A stretch of 64,000 bases of DNA, from positions 544,001 to 608,000 of the forward strand of contig CAXVYR010000004.1 in NCBI GenBank assembly GCA_963666975.2, in the 5' to 3' direction. Under the pieces are notes generated by a model, which had not been told where the DNA came from, made no database searches, and saw only the letters and a list, made by a program, of their open reading frames with translations. This DNA comes from Terriglobia bacterium. GTDB lineage: Bacteria; Acidobacteriota; Terriglobia; 2-12-FULL-54-10. Each line of letters opens with the position of its first letter. The first letter of the stretch is position 1. The position numbers and the translations under genes are program-made. Positions 29,132 through 38,944 of the stretch are shown piece after piece.

Positions 29132-29314
29132 TTGCTGGGCATGACGCCGGGCGTCCGAGTTCGCCTGACCCGGGAGTTTGCCGTGCAGGGACGGGTTTTC
29201 CTCCCTGTCATAGAGGGGTGGCACGGCCTCCGCGCCAGGAACGTAGGCCAGGTGGCTCCGGATGTGACTTTTCAATTGAGCGTCGCGTACCGGTTCAACC
29301 TAAACCAATTCTGA
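29132..29314 (+). pseudogene. 3' remnant of an outer-membrane beta-barrel gene
   Basis: TPGVRVRL..FAVQGRVFLPV...TFQLSVAYRF alternating strands with a barrel-type terminal strand; no signal peptide or RBS. Confidence 0.5.
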
Positions 29315-29513
29315 AGTAACTATTTCGCGGAGGAGTTGAGGTAGTACGAAGCAAAATCGGCGCTGCGATCATGCAAGCAGCACAATCCAGCTTTACTTTA
29401 ATCAAAAGGAGACAAACCATGAAAGTGTACGTCGTCAGATTGTACGTCGTCAGATAATGTTGGACACAGAGCATAAAAAGATAAGGTGGCGTTCAGGCTC
29501 CTCTGGGTTGATG

Positions 29514-30497
29514 TTAGGCTGCCCTTCTTTTGAAGTGCAACCGTTTTCTTAAGATCATAGTTTTCTCTTTGATGCGATCCCGTTTTTGCAGGATGGCACT
29601 GCCTTGGCCTGTAAAAACGTCATACGGTGTCAGGTTGTTCAGGCTTTCATGGTATCGGTTGGTGTTGTAGTGGTTGACGAAGGCATCGATCTGCCGCTCC
29701 AGCTCTTCTGGCAGGTAATAGTTGTTGAGCAGGATGCGGTCTTTCAGAGTTCGGTGCCAGCGTTCGATCTTGCCCTGCGTCATGGGGTGATAGGGCTTGC
29801 CGCGAGTATGCGGCACGCTGTTTTCTGCCAGCCATGATTGCAGTTCGGAAGAGACGTAGCACGGCCCGTTGTCGCTCAGGAGGCGAGGTCTGTGCCGGGC
29901 GCCCACGCGGTCGAGGCCGGTGGCTTGCAAAGCATCCCGCAACGTGGCCGAGACGTCACTTGCGCTCATGGTTTTGCACAGCCGCCAGGCGATGATATAG
30001 CGCGAGAAGTCGTCCAGCACCGTGGACAGGTAGAACCAGCCCCAACCGATGACTTTCAGGTAGGTGAAGTCGGTCTGCCAGAGCTGGTTGACCGCCGTGG
30101 TCGGGTTGGCGAACCGTTCCGCCGCTTTCAGGACAATAAAGGCTGGCGCGGTAATCAGGTCATGGCTTTTCAGGACGCGGTAAACCGTCGATTCAGAAAG
30201 GTAATACCGCCTTTCCTCGGTAAAACGCACCGCCAGCTCGCGTGACGACAGATCGGGCTCGGCCAGGGCTAACGTCACCAACTGCTGAGTTATCTCCTCC
30301 GGCACCTTGTTCCAGACAGGGCCAGGATCGGGTTTTTTGTCTTCCAGCCCATCAAAGCCTTCCGACACATAGCGGTCGTACCAGTTGTAAAACGTCGATC
30401 TGGGAATGCCAACCTGCTGCAGCGTCCGGCGCACCCCCAGGGCAGATTGCTCCACCGTGCAGATGATCTCCAGCTTCTCCGAGGCAGGGTATCTCAT
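29514..30497 (-). CDS. Transposase OrfB (DDE integrase core)
   Basis: WQTDFTY, LDDFSR, SDNG, GKIERWHRTLK. Confidence 0.95.
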   Translation of the reverse strand: MRYPASEKLEIICTVEQSALGVRRTLQQVGIPRSTFYNWYDRYVSEGFDGLEDKKPDPGPVWNKVPEEITQQLVTLALAEPDLSSRELAVRFTEERRYYLSESTVYRVLKSHDLITAPAFIVLKAAERFANPTTAVNQLWQTDFTYLKVIGWGWFYLSTVLDDFSRYIIAWRLCKTMSASDVSATLRDALQATGLDRVGARHRPRLLSDNGPCYVSSELQSWLAENSVPHTRGKPYHPMTQGKIERWHRTLKDRILLNNYYLPEELERQIDAFVNHYNTNRYHESLNNLTPYDVFTGQGSAILQKRDRIKEKTMILRKRLHFKRRAA

Positions 30498-30865
30498 GTA
30501 TGTTCCTCCCCATCCCCGATCACGCTTTTTTTTAGCAGGCGATTTTCCAGCATAGCCTCGGCCAGGGCCTCTTTCAGCTGTACGGCCTGCTCCCGCAGAG
30601 TCTTGACTTCGCCACTGGTTGCCTCACGGTCTATGTCGCCCGCCAGCCGCTTGCGGCCAGCCTCCAGAAACTCCTTGCTCCAGCGGTAATACTGGTTCTG
30701 GTGCAGCCCCTCGCGGCGGCACAGCTCCGCGATGCTGTCCTCGCCGCGAAGTCCCTGCAATACAATGCGGATTTTGTCTTCCGGGCTGAACCTGCGCCGC
30801 GTCCTGCGTTTGATCTCCCGGACGGCCTTCTCGACCGCCCCCCTGTCGTCTTGTTTTTGTCTCAT
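30494..30865 (-). CDS. Transposase OrfA (HTH)
   Basis: RRFSPEDKIRIV, SIAELCRREG, YYRW; A8G slippery run near 30525-30533 (candidate -1 frameshift) and ATGA overlap with orfB. Confidence 0.93.
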   Translation of the reverse strand: MRQKQDDRGAVEKAVREIKRRTRRRFSPEDKIRIVLQGLRGEDSIAELCRREGLHQNQYYRWSKEFLEAGRKRLAGDIDREATSGEVKTLREQAVQLKEALAEAMLENRLLKKSVIGDGEEHT

Positions 30866-30952
30866 CTTCGTTCCTTTCAGTCTCTACGATGAGCCAAAAA
30901 CATCACCTTAACTATTACCCTCTACCTGTCCAACAAGCCCTGACGGGGCACA

Positions 30953-31125
30953 ATCAGGTAAGCTGTCTGCCTGAATCGGCGCATGGAGTCTTCCACGGAG
31001 ACGTGGGAAATGTTTTTAATCTCCACTTCTACTTTTTCCAACATTCCCCACGGGGCAGTCGTAAGCGAGTTCGCAAATATTGAGAAATCGAATTCATGCC
31101 GGGATTTTTCAGATATGGCAATCAC
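30953..31125 (-). pseudogene. 5' remnant of an unknown gene truncated by the IS
   Basis: Strong AGGAGGTG RBS followed by an open frame that runs straight into the IS terminus. Confidence 0.35.
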
Positions 31126-31426
31126 CTCCTCTTACTGGTTCACCACATAGGCTGAGGCACATTGGAAGCCAACTCAGCAACTTACACCTACTTCTTTACT
31201 TTCAAATAGTTGGTCTGGCAAAGCTCCAACTCGGCTGATCAGGTCAGCCACTCGGTTGACAAAAGGTGTCGCCCTTGAGTGCCAAAATTTTTCACGCCTG
31301 GCCGACTGGGGGAGCGCTTCCTTATTGAAGGCAAAGACAGTCTTGTAGCAAGAGGACCAAGGGAGTATGATTTTGCCCTACGCAAACCATCTCAGGCGTG
31401 TGACAGCGGAAAAAGGAGATTCCCCC

Positions 31427-33292
31427 ATGACTAACCTAATTCGGCGAACGGGAATTGTCGTGTTTTGGATCATGCTTCTTGGTTCGGGCGCCCGTGGCCA
31501 GCAGAGCGTGACCGCTCCAGCGGAGTTGGCGGCCTATCCGGACCTTATCCTCTACAACGGCAAGATTATCACCGTGGATGATGACAGTTTTAGTTCTCAA
31601 TTGGGCACCATCGCACAGGCCATGCACGTCCGAAACGGGAAGGTGCTCCATCTGGGCGACAACGCCCGGATTCGTGCTATGGCGGGGTCCGATACGCAGA
31701 TGGTTGACCTGAAGGGCCGCACCGTTCTTCCGGGAATGGTCGTCGTGCATGATCACCCGTTTGACTGGGCTCACGGGAATCCCTATTCCCTGAAAAAGGT
31801 GCTGACGGATGACATTGTAGTAAACCGCTATGTCAGAGGGACTCCGGAAGAACAAGCCAAGGCGTTTCCGGGGATACTCCAAGAAGCTCTCAGCAAGGCC
31901 AAACCGGGCCAGTTCATCCACATCGTCTTTCACATGGGTGACAAATACGAGTATATGAGGGGCAGCGAATTCGGTGACGTCTTGGATGGGAAGATGATCC
32001 CTAAGGAAATGCTAAACCGAATGGCGCCCAACAATCCCGTGGTGTTAGAAAATCCTTTTGTAGGAATATTGGTCAACGATCTAGCGCTCGCAGAAGCCAA
32101 AAAGGTCTTTCCTTGGGTCACGGACAACGTATCCATGCGGTGGATGTTTCACGATGTGATGATGAAGAATCACTATCCGGAGTTGCGGGAGATACACCGC
32201 CTCGAGTTGAGCTGGTGGTCGGGGTACGGGGTAACGACTTTTGGCTCTGGGATTTATTCACCCGCCAATATCAAAATTTACCACGATCTGTCGACCAGTG
32301 GACAGATGTCCATGAGGAACATGTGGGTCTGGTATTACAGGGAGAATGCGCTCTTTAGTAACGATTACGTCAGGAATGCTTCAAATTTCATGGAAGGCCT
32401 GGGGAATGACTTCTTCTGGTACGGAGGATCCCGCGGGGCGCAATCAACCGGTGGCGGGTGTTCCAGTTTGCCCGCGCGGCCAGAACAAGGATATGGACTA
32501 CTTCGTGGGGGGACAGCCCCAAGATGTTCCTACGAACCGGGGAGTGAAAACTACAATATGCTTTATCAGTATATTAAAAATGGGGGCCGGTACGTCGGAG
32601 TCCACACAGTCGGCGACGGAGATATTGATTACCTGCTGGAGATTATTGAGAGAGCAAGTGAAGAGGCTGGATTTACATTGGACCAGATCCGTGCGAAGAG
32701 ACATACCTTCGACCATCTAGTGATGGCTCCTCGGCCAGACCAACTACCGCGGATCAAGAGGTTAGGAATGGTGCTGGGTGGAGCCATCTGGTACTACATT
32801 GAGGAGGCGTCTAATCGGGTAGAGACTTATGGAGAACGAGCAGCCCAATGGATGATACCGAAGAAGTCATTGGTGGATGCTGGGATTCCAAGCGCATTCG
32901 AGATCGACCGGCCATTGGCAACTACTTCGCTGACTGTTTTCTGGACGTTGGCCCGCGTGATGGACAGGAAGCGGCCTCAGGATGGAAAAGTTTATGCGCC
33001 AAACCAACGGATCGGCCGGGAATTGGCTCTGAAGATGGCAACGAATTGGGGGGCATTTTATTTGAAGAAGGAAGACCAACTGGGCACTCTGGAGCCGGGC
33101 AAGTGGGCCGATTTCATCGTGCTGGACCGGGACTACCTGACAATTCCGGAAGATGACATCGAGAACATTCGGGTCTTGATGACAATGGTCGGAGGCAGAA
33201 CGGTTCACCTGGTTCCCTCGCTTGCTGGAGAGATCGGGATGCCGTCCGCTGGCGCTCAGGTGACGCTCGGCAGTGCCGCCGCCCAATGGTAA
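31427..33292 (+). CDS. Secreted amidohydrolase-3 (YtcJ-like) family protein, paralog 2
   Basis: AAGGAG RBS, signal peptide, ILYNGKIITVD, HDH, HTVGD, RHTFDH, EIDRP, GTLEPGKWADFIVLD. Confidence 0.88.
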   Translation: MTNLIRRTGIVVFWIMLLGSGARGQQSVTAPAELAAYPDLILYNGKIITVDDDSFSSQLGTIAQAMHVRNGKVLHLGDNARIRAMAGSDTQMVDLKGRTVLPGMVVVHDHPFDWAHGNPYSLKKVLTDDIVVNRYVRGTPEEQAKAFPGILQEALSKAKPGQFIHIVFHMGDKYEYMRGSEFGDVLDGKMIPKEMLNRMAPNNPVVLENPFVGILVNDLALAEAKKVFPWVTDNVSMRWMFHDVMMKNHYPELREIHRLELSWWSGYGVTTFGSGIYSPANIKIYHDLSTSGQMSMRNMWVWYYRENALFSNDYVRNASNFMEGLGNDFFWYGGSRGAQSTGGGCSSLPARPEQGYGLLRGGTAPRCSYEPGSENYNMLYQYIKNGGRYVGVHTVGDGDIDYLLEIIERASEEAGFTLDQIRAKRHTFDHLVMAPRPDQLPRIKRLGMVLGGAIWYYIEEASNRVETYGERAAQWMIPKKSLVDAGIPSAFEIDRPLATTSLTVFWTLARVMDRKRPQDGKVYAPNQRIGRELALKMATNWGAFYLKKEDQLGTLEPGKWADFIVLDRDYLTIPEDDIENIRVLMTMVGGRTVHLVPSLAGEIGMPSAGAQVTLGSAAAQW

Positions 33293-33388
33293 TTTGAGGC
33301 AAGCCATTCCGGGGCAGGTTGCATAGAAGCAGGTTGCATAGAAAAAGATGAGCCTGGCAATGCCAGCTTGTCGCAGACTGAAAAACGC

Positions 33389-33417
33389 TTGACAAGCTAC
33401 GTAGGCAGACTTAAACT
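33389..33417 (+). promoter_or_regulatory. Sigma70-like promoter
   Basis: TTGACA (33389-33394), 17 bp, TAAACT (33412-33417); about 500 bp upstream of paralog 3. Confidence 0.5.
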
Positions 33418-33744
33418 CCGGCTAACCTATATTGGTGCCGACAGCCACTTATGACAGCAACACGCACGGGTAGATATCGCAAAGCTTGCTGTTTGTTCCA
33501 ATACCCAGACACAGGTAAATCTGCCAGGCTCCATTTTTCTTCTGGGAAGTTATTTTTTATAGATTTCGCGCGGATTCTTAACCATTAGGGCGTCTTTCTA
33601 TCAGCAGCGTTGGAACTGGCTTCGTTCCTTGAGACATGTGAGGCAGCGTGTCCTGGCCCATAGATGTCTGCCAGAAGCCTATATCGTTACTACTGGTATA
33701 GCCCAAGGATTTACTGCAAACCCTTCTGGGATGGCATTCCAAGG

Positions 33745-33791
33745 GCCTGCCCTGTCTGCCCTGAGCGAAGTCGAAGGGAGCTTGGCGAAGG
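33745..33791 (+). repeat. Two nested copies of a CTGCCCTGAGC..CGAAGG REP-like unit
   Basis: GCCTGCCCT[GTCTGCCCTGAGCGAAGTCGAAGG]GAGCTTGGCGAAGG. Confidence 0.65.
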
Positions 33792-33920
33792 GGCCGAAGT
33801 CTTTTTCCCGGCGCGAGTTATCTCAAACAAGCAAAATGATCTAATACGAAAAGGAATTATCAAGCGAAAGACGTTTTAATGAACCGGAGTTTTGACTTCT
33901 GAAATCGGAGGACCGACTGA

Positions 33921-35759
33921 ATGAACCTGGCAAAATTATTATTGATGCGCAGAAAATTCCTAGTTTTCTCCTTTTTGCTGTTTTTCATCTCCCCAAGTGC
34001 TTGGGGACAGTCCAATGTAGCGGCCCTGCTGGGCTACCCGGACCTCATCGTTCACAATGCCAAGATTGTGACCATGGACGATGCCACGTTCGAGTCGAGG
34101 GTAGGCACCATCGGGCAAGCGATGGCGCTGCGCGGGGATAAGGTATTGGCCGTCGGATCCAACTCGGAGATTCGCGCGCTGGCCGGGCCGCAAACCCGGC
34201 AGATGGACCTAAAAGGCCGCACCGTGCTGCCGAGCTTCATCATGACTCACGAGCACCCCACCGACTGGGCCTTCGCCGAGCCTGAGGCTCTGAAGCACGC
34301 CCTGCCTGCGGATAGTGATGTCATGGTCATGCGGTGGCTGGAAGGGACCGCACAGCAACAACTGGATCAATGGGAGACCGTGCTGAGAGAAGCCGTCGCC
34401 GCAGCCAGCCCGGGCCAGTGGATCTGGCTGAGTTTTTTCTGGGGAACAAATTATGAGCATGCAGATGAACTTTGGCAACAATTTCCCCGTGTGGTCACCC
34501 AGGAGCGCCTCGACCAGCTTGCGCCGAACAATCCTGTCAGGGTTAAGAATAGCTGGCCGCTAATGTCGGCGAACAACACCAAGGCTGTGGAAGAGTTGAA
34601 GAAAGTCCATCCGGAAGCTAGTGCGGGAGCGAACCGCCTGTACGAGCCTAATGTGATCTTCCAGGGCTGGACCGAGGTCTTGGCGGATGTGCTTAAGGCC
34701 GAAATGGAGCTGTGGGTGGCTCAAGGCATCACGACATTTGGCTCCTCTCCTTATGCCTATAACAACTTCCAGGCATTGGCGTATCTGGATCGAAGAGGAG
34801 AGATGCCTGCTCGTTTCGCCTGGGGCTACACCGGCCCCGATTTTCACATCGAGACATTGCGTTACGTTGCGGGATTGGTGGGAAGTGGCAGCCCGTATCT
34901 TTGGAACGTGGGTGCCTGGGATGCGTCCGGGGGTAGCTGTACGACGCTCAACGCTCGCACGCCCGAAATCAAGGCCCGCGAGAGCTGCAACTTTGCTCCA
35001 GGGAGCCCGGGTAGAAAGGTTCTCGATGATATCATCCGGACCGACGGCCGGGTGGCCACCATGCACACCCAGGGAGACAAGGATATCGACTATTTCATGG
35101 ACGCTATTGAGCAAGTCAGCAGAGAGGCAGGCATCTCCTTGGAAGAGATTCGGGCCAAGCGCCACGCCTTTGATCACGCTTCTGGCGCCCCCCGACCGGA
35201 CCAGATTCCACGCGTTAAGAATTTGGGGATGATGGTCAGCATGATCAACACCATGTTGTGGGAAACCCACCGCACTTACGATACTTCCAGCCGTGTGCGC
35301 GATTATGGAATCGAGTATGCCAACCTGTCGGTGCCCCGAAAGAGCGTGACAGACGCGGGAATCATGAACACCTTTGAGATCGATCGTCCGCTGCCGCACC
35401 TGGTGTTCACCATGATTCACAAAGGCATCACCCGATACAGCGATCAAGACGGCGCAGTCTACGGGCCCCGGGAAAGGACCGACCGGATCATCCAGTTGAA
35501 GGCGTTAACGGTGTGGGGAGGCTATTACGTGCTGCGGGAAAATCTATTGGGAACGCTGGAGCGCGGCAAGTACGCCGATTTCATTGTGCTGGACCGGGAC
35601 TATCTGACCATTCCGGAAGACGATATTCCCAATACCAAAGTCTTGATGACAGTGGTCGGTGGCAAGACGATGCACTTGATGCCTTCTCTGGCGGCGGAGA
35701 ACGGGATGCAACCGGCGGGCCCGGTCACGTGGAGCACAAAACCCCTGGAGAATTACTAA
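33921..35759 (+). CDS. Secreted amidohydrolase-3 (YtcJ-like) family protein, paralog 3
   Basis: GGAGG RBS, signal peptide, HEH, HTQGD, RHAFDH, EIDRP, GTLERGKYADFIVLD. Confidence 0.88.
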   Translation: MNLAKLLLMRRKFLVFSFLLFFISPSAWGQSNVAALLGYPDLIVHNAKIVTMDDATFESRVGTIGQAMALRGDKVLAVGSNSEIRALAGPQTRQMDLKGRTVLPSFIMTHEHPTDWAFAEPEALKHALPADSDVMVMRWLEGTAQQQLDQWETVLREAVAAASPGQWIWLSFFWGTNYEHADELWQQFPRVVTQERLDQLAPNNPVRVKNSWPLMSANNTKAVEELKKVHPEASAGANRLYEPNVIFQGWTEVLADVLKAEMELWVAQGITTFGSSPYAYNNFQALAYLDRRGEMPARFAWGYTGPDFHIETLRYVAGLVGSGSPYLWNVGAWDASGGSCTTLNARTPEIKARESCNFAPGSPGRKVLDDIIRTDGRVATMHTQGDKDIDYFMDAIEQVSREAGISLEEIRAKRHAFDHASGAPRPDQIPRVKNLGMMVSMINTMLWETHRTYDTSSRVRDYGIEYANLSVPRKSVTDAGIMNTFEIDRPLPHLVFTMIHKGITRYSDQDGAVYGPRERTDRIIQLKALTVWGGYYVLRENLLGTLERGKYADFIVLDRDYLTIPEDDIPNTKVLMTVVGGKTMHLMPSLAAENGMQPAGPVTWSTKPLENY

Positions 35760-35904
35760 TTTCCTGGGCCGCTCATTGTGCGTTAAAACTGGACCTTCTT
35801 TATCTTCATCCAACCGCATTTTTGATTCCGGTGGCTGGCCGCTTTCTGAGAGGCCAGCCACCGGGACTCACAAGCGGAGACCTTTGTCTTCCTGATGGGA
35901 AGGT

Positions 35905-36498
35905 CTACCTTGCCACAGCGGTTTCTTTCTTCTCTACCTTCTCTACACGAACCGAAACCGGCACCGACTTGGAAACGACGTCGTATAAGGGAGAATATTT
36001 CGTCAGCTCAGCCAATTTTTCCGCTGATCCATCCCCTTTTACTTTGAAGGTCACTCGAATCTTTTCATAGCCCGGCCTGACGCTCTCCGACAATCCCAGG
36101 AAACCATGGAGGTCGAGATCCCCCTCCAGTGTGGACTCCACTTCCTCCAGCTTGATTCCCCGCGCGGCCGCGTGGTACGTAATGGCGGTGGTCATGCAAG
36201 CCGCCAAAGCGGTGAGCAGATACTTCACGGGATTGGCGCCCTGATCCTCTCCCAACAGAATGGGCGGCTCGTCCGCGTCCAATACAAACGGTTTGCTTCG
36301 GGTGTGTGTCTGCCCGGCGCCATAGAAGTCACCGATGGTCGTCCGGTTATGACCGCCATTGATCCACTGATTGTGGGCGCGAAATTTGAACTTCGCGATC
36401 GTGGGTGTGTCCTGGATGGCATCCATCGTTTCAAACAACTGATCGCAATCTACTCCGTTCACTTTTCCTTTGGTTGTGGTCTGTGTCTGTCCCGCCAT
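35905..36498 (-). CDS. OsmC-family protein
   Basis: KVNGVD, DADEPPILLGEDQGANP..YLLTALAAC, GDLDLHGFLG, RPGY; AGGAGG RBS. Confidence 0.92.
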   Translation of the reverse strand: MAGQTQTTTKGKVNGVDCDQLFETMDAIQDTPTIAKFKFRAHNQWINGGHNRTTIGDFYGAGQTHTRSKPFVLDADEPPILLGEDQGANPVKYLLTALAACMTTAITYHAAARGIKLEEVESTLEGDLDLHGFLGLSESVRPGYEKIRVTFKVKGDGSAEKLAELTKYSPLYDVVSKSVPVSVRVEKVEKKETAVAR

Positions 36499-36530
36499 TT
36501 TGCTTTCCTCCTTGAAAATTGATTTTGGTT

Positions 36531-36764
36531 CAGACCTGTTTTAGAGTTCATGTATCCCATATTGCGTTCTTGTCAGGGCACGGTTTTAACCGTGCCGCCA
36601 CCCGGATCACGACAGCGGCTTCAGCCGCTGAGGTCGGGGTTAAGTCGCTGGAACAAGCAGAGTTCAAGACTCACCTCAGGCGCTAAAGCACACTTGGTTG
36701 GAGAGCGTTTCGGCACGGCTGAAGCCGTGCCCTGACGGGATACACAATTCATAAAACCGGTCTA
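36531..36764. mobile_element. MITE-like element carrying REP-like hairpins (second family member)
   Basis: Ends AGACCTGTTTTA..TGTATCCC / GGGATACA..TAAAACCGGTCTA; internal GTCAGGGCACGGTTTTAACCGTGCC ... GGCACGGCTGAAGCCGTGCCCTGAC (36572-36736), like 19762-20045. Confidence 0.72.
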
Positions 36765-37093
36765 GCTTTCGGCGGGACATAAAGCAGGAACTATGCCAAC
36801 TCTCACTGGAGTCAGTTTTCCAAATGAAAACAAGAAGTTACGAACTTTTTAACCGGAAGGTTGAGGTCACGAGATTCGGCAAATTGCGAAATCTCCTGAG
36901 AGGAAACGCGAGAGTTGGCGAGCCCAGCGCAAATTACCCTGGGCAAACACGCTGCAAAGAAGAAAGAAAACTTTGGAAAGCTGCCCCAGCGCGCCAATTT
37001 TGCCCTTATAATCTCTAGCGGATTCATCATAAGCTCAAGAAGGATGGCGCAGGAACCGATAAGAATTCGACGCGGAGTGGAGGCGGAACCGGC

Positions 37094-38929
37094 ATGGGCT
37101 ATCAACTGATTGAGAACTACGGAATCATCGGCGACATGCAGACGGTTGCGCTCGTGGGCATGAACGGGTCCATTGATTGGTTTTGTTTTCCCCATTTTGA
37201 CTCCCCCAGCGTTTTTGGAGCCATCCTGGACGACAAAAAGGGCGGACGATTCCGGATTGCTCCCCTCACCGAGGAAGTGACCTACCGGCAGTTCTACTGG
37301 CCCGGCACCAATCTCCTGGTGACCCGGTTCCTCTCGCCGGAGGGCGTGGGAGAAATCACCGACTACATGCCCGTGCGGAGTTCTACGAGAGGCGAGCCCT
37401 ACCACATGCTGGTCCGCCGCGTCTCGGCGGTGCGGGGTTCGCTGCACTTCCGGATGGAGTGCCAGCCTGCCTTCAACTACGCCCGCGACCGCCACACAAC
37501 AGCGATTACACCCTCAGGCGCCTGCTTTCACTCGCCCGAATTGAGCCTCGGACTGGCTACGCACGTCCCGCTCCAGCAGGACGGCGCCGGAGTCCGCGCC
37601 GAGTTCACGCTGCAGGAAGGCGAGAGGGCCGTCTTCATTCTGGAGCAGATTCCGCAAGGGGCGAACGATTTTGCCGCCCGCTCGGAGCGGGAAGCCTCCG
37701 AGCTTTTCCGGGAGACGGTGGCCTACTGGCGCCGCTGGCTCTCCCAATGCACCTACACAGGGCGGTGGCGCGAGATGGTGGAACGCTCCGCGCTGGTGCT
37801 GAAACTGCTGACCTATTCCCCGAAGGGGAGCATTGTAGCCGCGCCCACCTGCAGCCTTCCGGAGGGCATCGGAGGCGAAAGAAATTGGGACTATCGCTAC
37901 ACATGGATCCGCGATGCCGCCTTCACCCTTTACGGGTTCCTGCGGATCGGCTTCACCGAAGAAGCGGGCCACTTTATGGACTGGCTTGAGGCCCGCATCC
38001 ATGATCTGAACCCGGATGGATCGCTACAAGTTGTGTATGGAATTGACGGCCGCAAAATCTTGACCGAGGAAACCCTCGGGCATCTGGAGGGCTACCGGGG
38101 GTCGCGTCCAGTCCGGATCGGAAACGACGCGTACCGGCAGTTGCAGCTCGACATCTGCGGGGAATTGATGGACTCGGTTTACCTCTACAACAAATACGGG
38201 AATTCTATTTCCTATGACCTGTGGAGATACCTGCGGCGTCTGACAAACTGGGTCTGCGACAACTGGCAGCGGAAAGACGATGGGATATGGGAAGTGCGCA
38301 GCGGGCAGCAGCACTTCGTCTACTCGAAGCTGATGTGCTGGGTGGCTGTCGACCGCGCCCTCCGCCTGGCCGATAAACGCTCGTTCCCGGCCGACCGGGA
38401 CCGCTGGTTTAAGGTGCGGGATCAAATCTATGAGGAGATACTGGCTAAAGGCTGGAGCCGGGAAAAACAGTCCTTCGTGCAGTACTATGGCGGCGATACG
38501 CTCGACGCCGCCAATCTGATTATGCCGCTGGTGTTTTTCATGTCGCCCACCGATCCCCGCATGCTCAAGACGCTCGACGCTATTAACCGATCCCCGGCAA
38601 AGGGCGGGCTGGTCTCCAACCGCCTGGTTCATCGGTATAACGTCGCCAGGGCCCCGGACGGGTTGGACGGAGAAGAAGGCACGTTTAATATGTGCTCCTT
38701 CTGGCTGGTGGAGGCCCTCACGCGCGCAGGCAAGCAGGATCACCAACGGCTCGATCACGCTCGCTTATCGTTTGAGAAAATGCTGGGCTACGCCAACCAC
38801 CTGGGCCTCTATGCCGAAGAAACCGGGGCGCGCGGCGAGGCCCTGGGCAACTTCCCTCAGGCGTTCACCCACTTGGCGCTGATCAGCGCTGCGTTTAATC
38901 TCAACCGGGCCCTGGGCGGGAAGGATTAG
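37094..38929 (+). CDS. Glycoside hydrolase family 15 (trehalase/glucoamylase-like)
   Basis: [59 protein letters not shown]. Confidence 0.95.
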   Translation: MGYQLIENYGIIGDMQTVALVGMNGSIDWFCFPHFDSPSVFGAILDDKKGGRFRIAPLTEEVTYRQFYWPGTNLLVTRFLSPEGVGEITDYMPVRSSTRGEPYHMLVRRVSAVRGSLHFRMECQPAFNYARDRHTTAITPSGACFHSPELSLGLATHVPLQQDGAGVRAEFTLQEGERAVFILEQIPQGANDFAARSEREASELFRETVAYWRRWLSQCTYTGRWREMVERSALVLKLLTYSPKGSIVAAPTCSLPEGIGGERNWDYRYTWIRDAAFTLYGFLRIGFTEEAGHFMDWLEARIHDLNPDGSLQVVYGIDGRKILTEETLGHLEGYRGSRPVRIGNDAYRQLQLDICGELMDSVYLYNKYGNSISYDLWRYLRRLTNWVCDNWQRKDDGIWEVRSGQQHFVYSKLMCWVAVDRALRLADKRSFPADRDRWFKVRDQIYEEILAKGWSREKQSFVQYYGGDTLDAANLIMPLVFFMSPTDPRMLKTLDAINRSPAKGGLVSNRLVHRYNVARAPDGLDGEEGTFNMCSFWLVEALTRAGKQDHQRLDHARLSFEKMLGYANHLGLYAEETGARGEALGNFPQAFTHLALISAAFNLNRALGGKD

Positions 38930-38944
38930 AGGAGATGGAAACTG

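Larger units (their letters stand above)
29426..30952 (-). mobile_element. IS3/IS481-like insertion sequence, apparently intact
   Basis: TIRs TGTACGTCGTCAGATAATGTTGGACA and TGTGCCCCGTCAGGGCTTGTTGGACA; orfA + orfB; first 15 bp of the left terminus duplicated; no target duplication seen. Confidence 0.92.

Noticed and set aside
33451-33561. 36 aa ORF downstream of the 33389 promoter
   Set aside because: No RBS and no recognisable motif.
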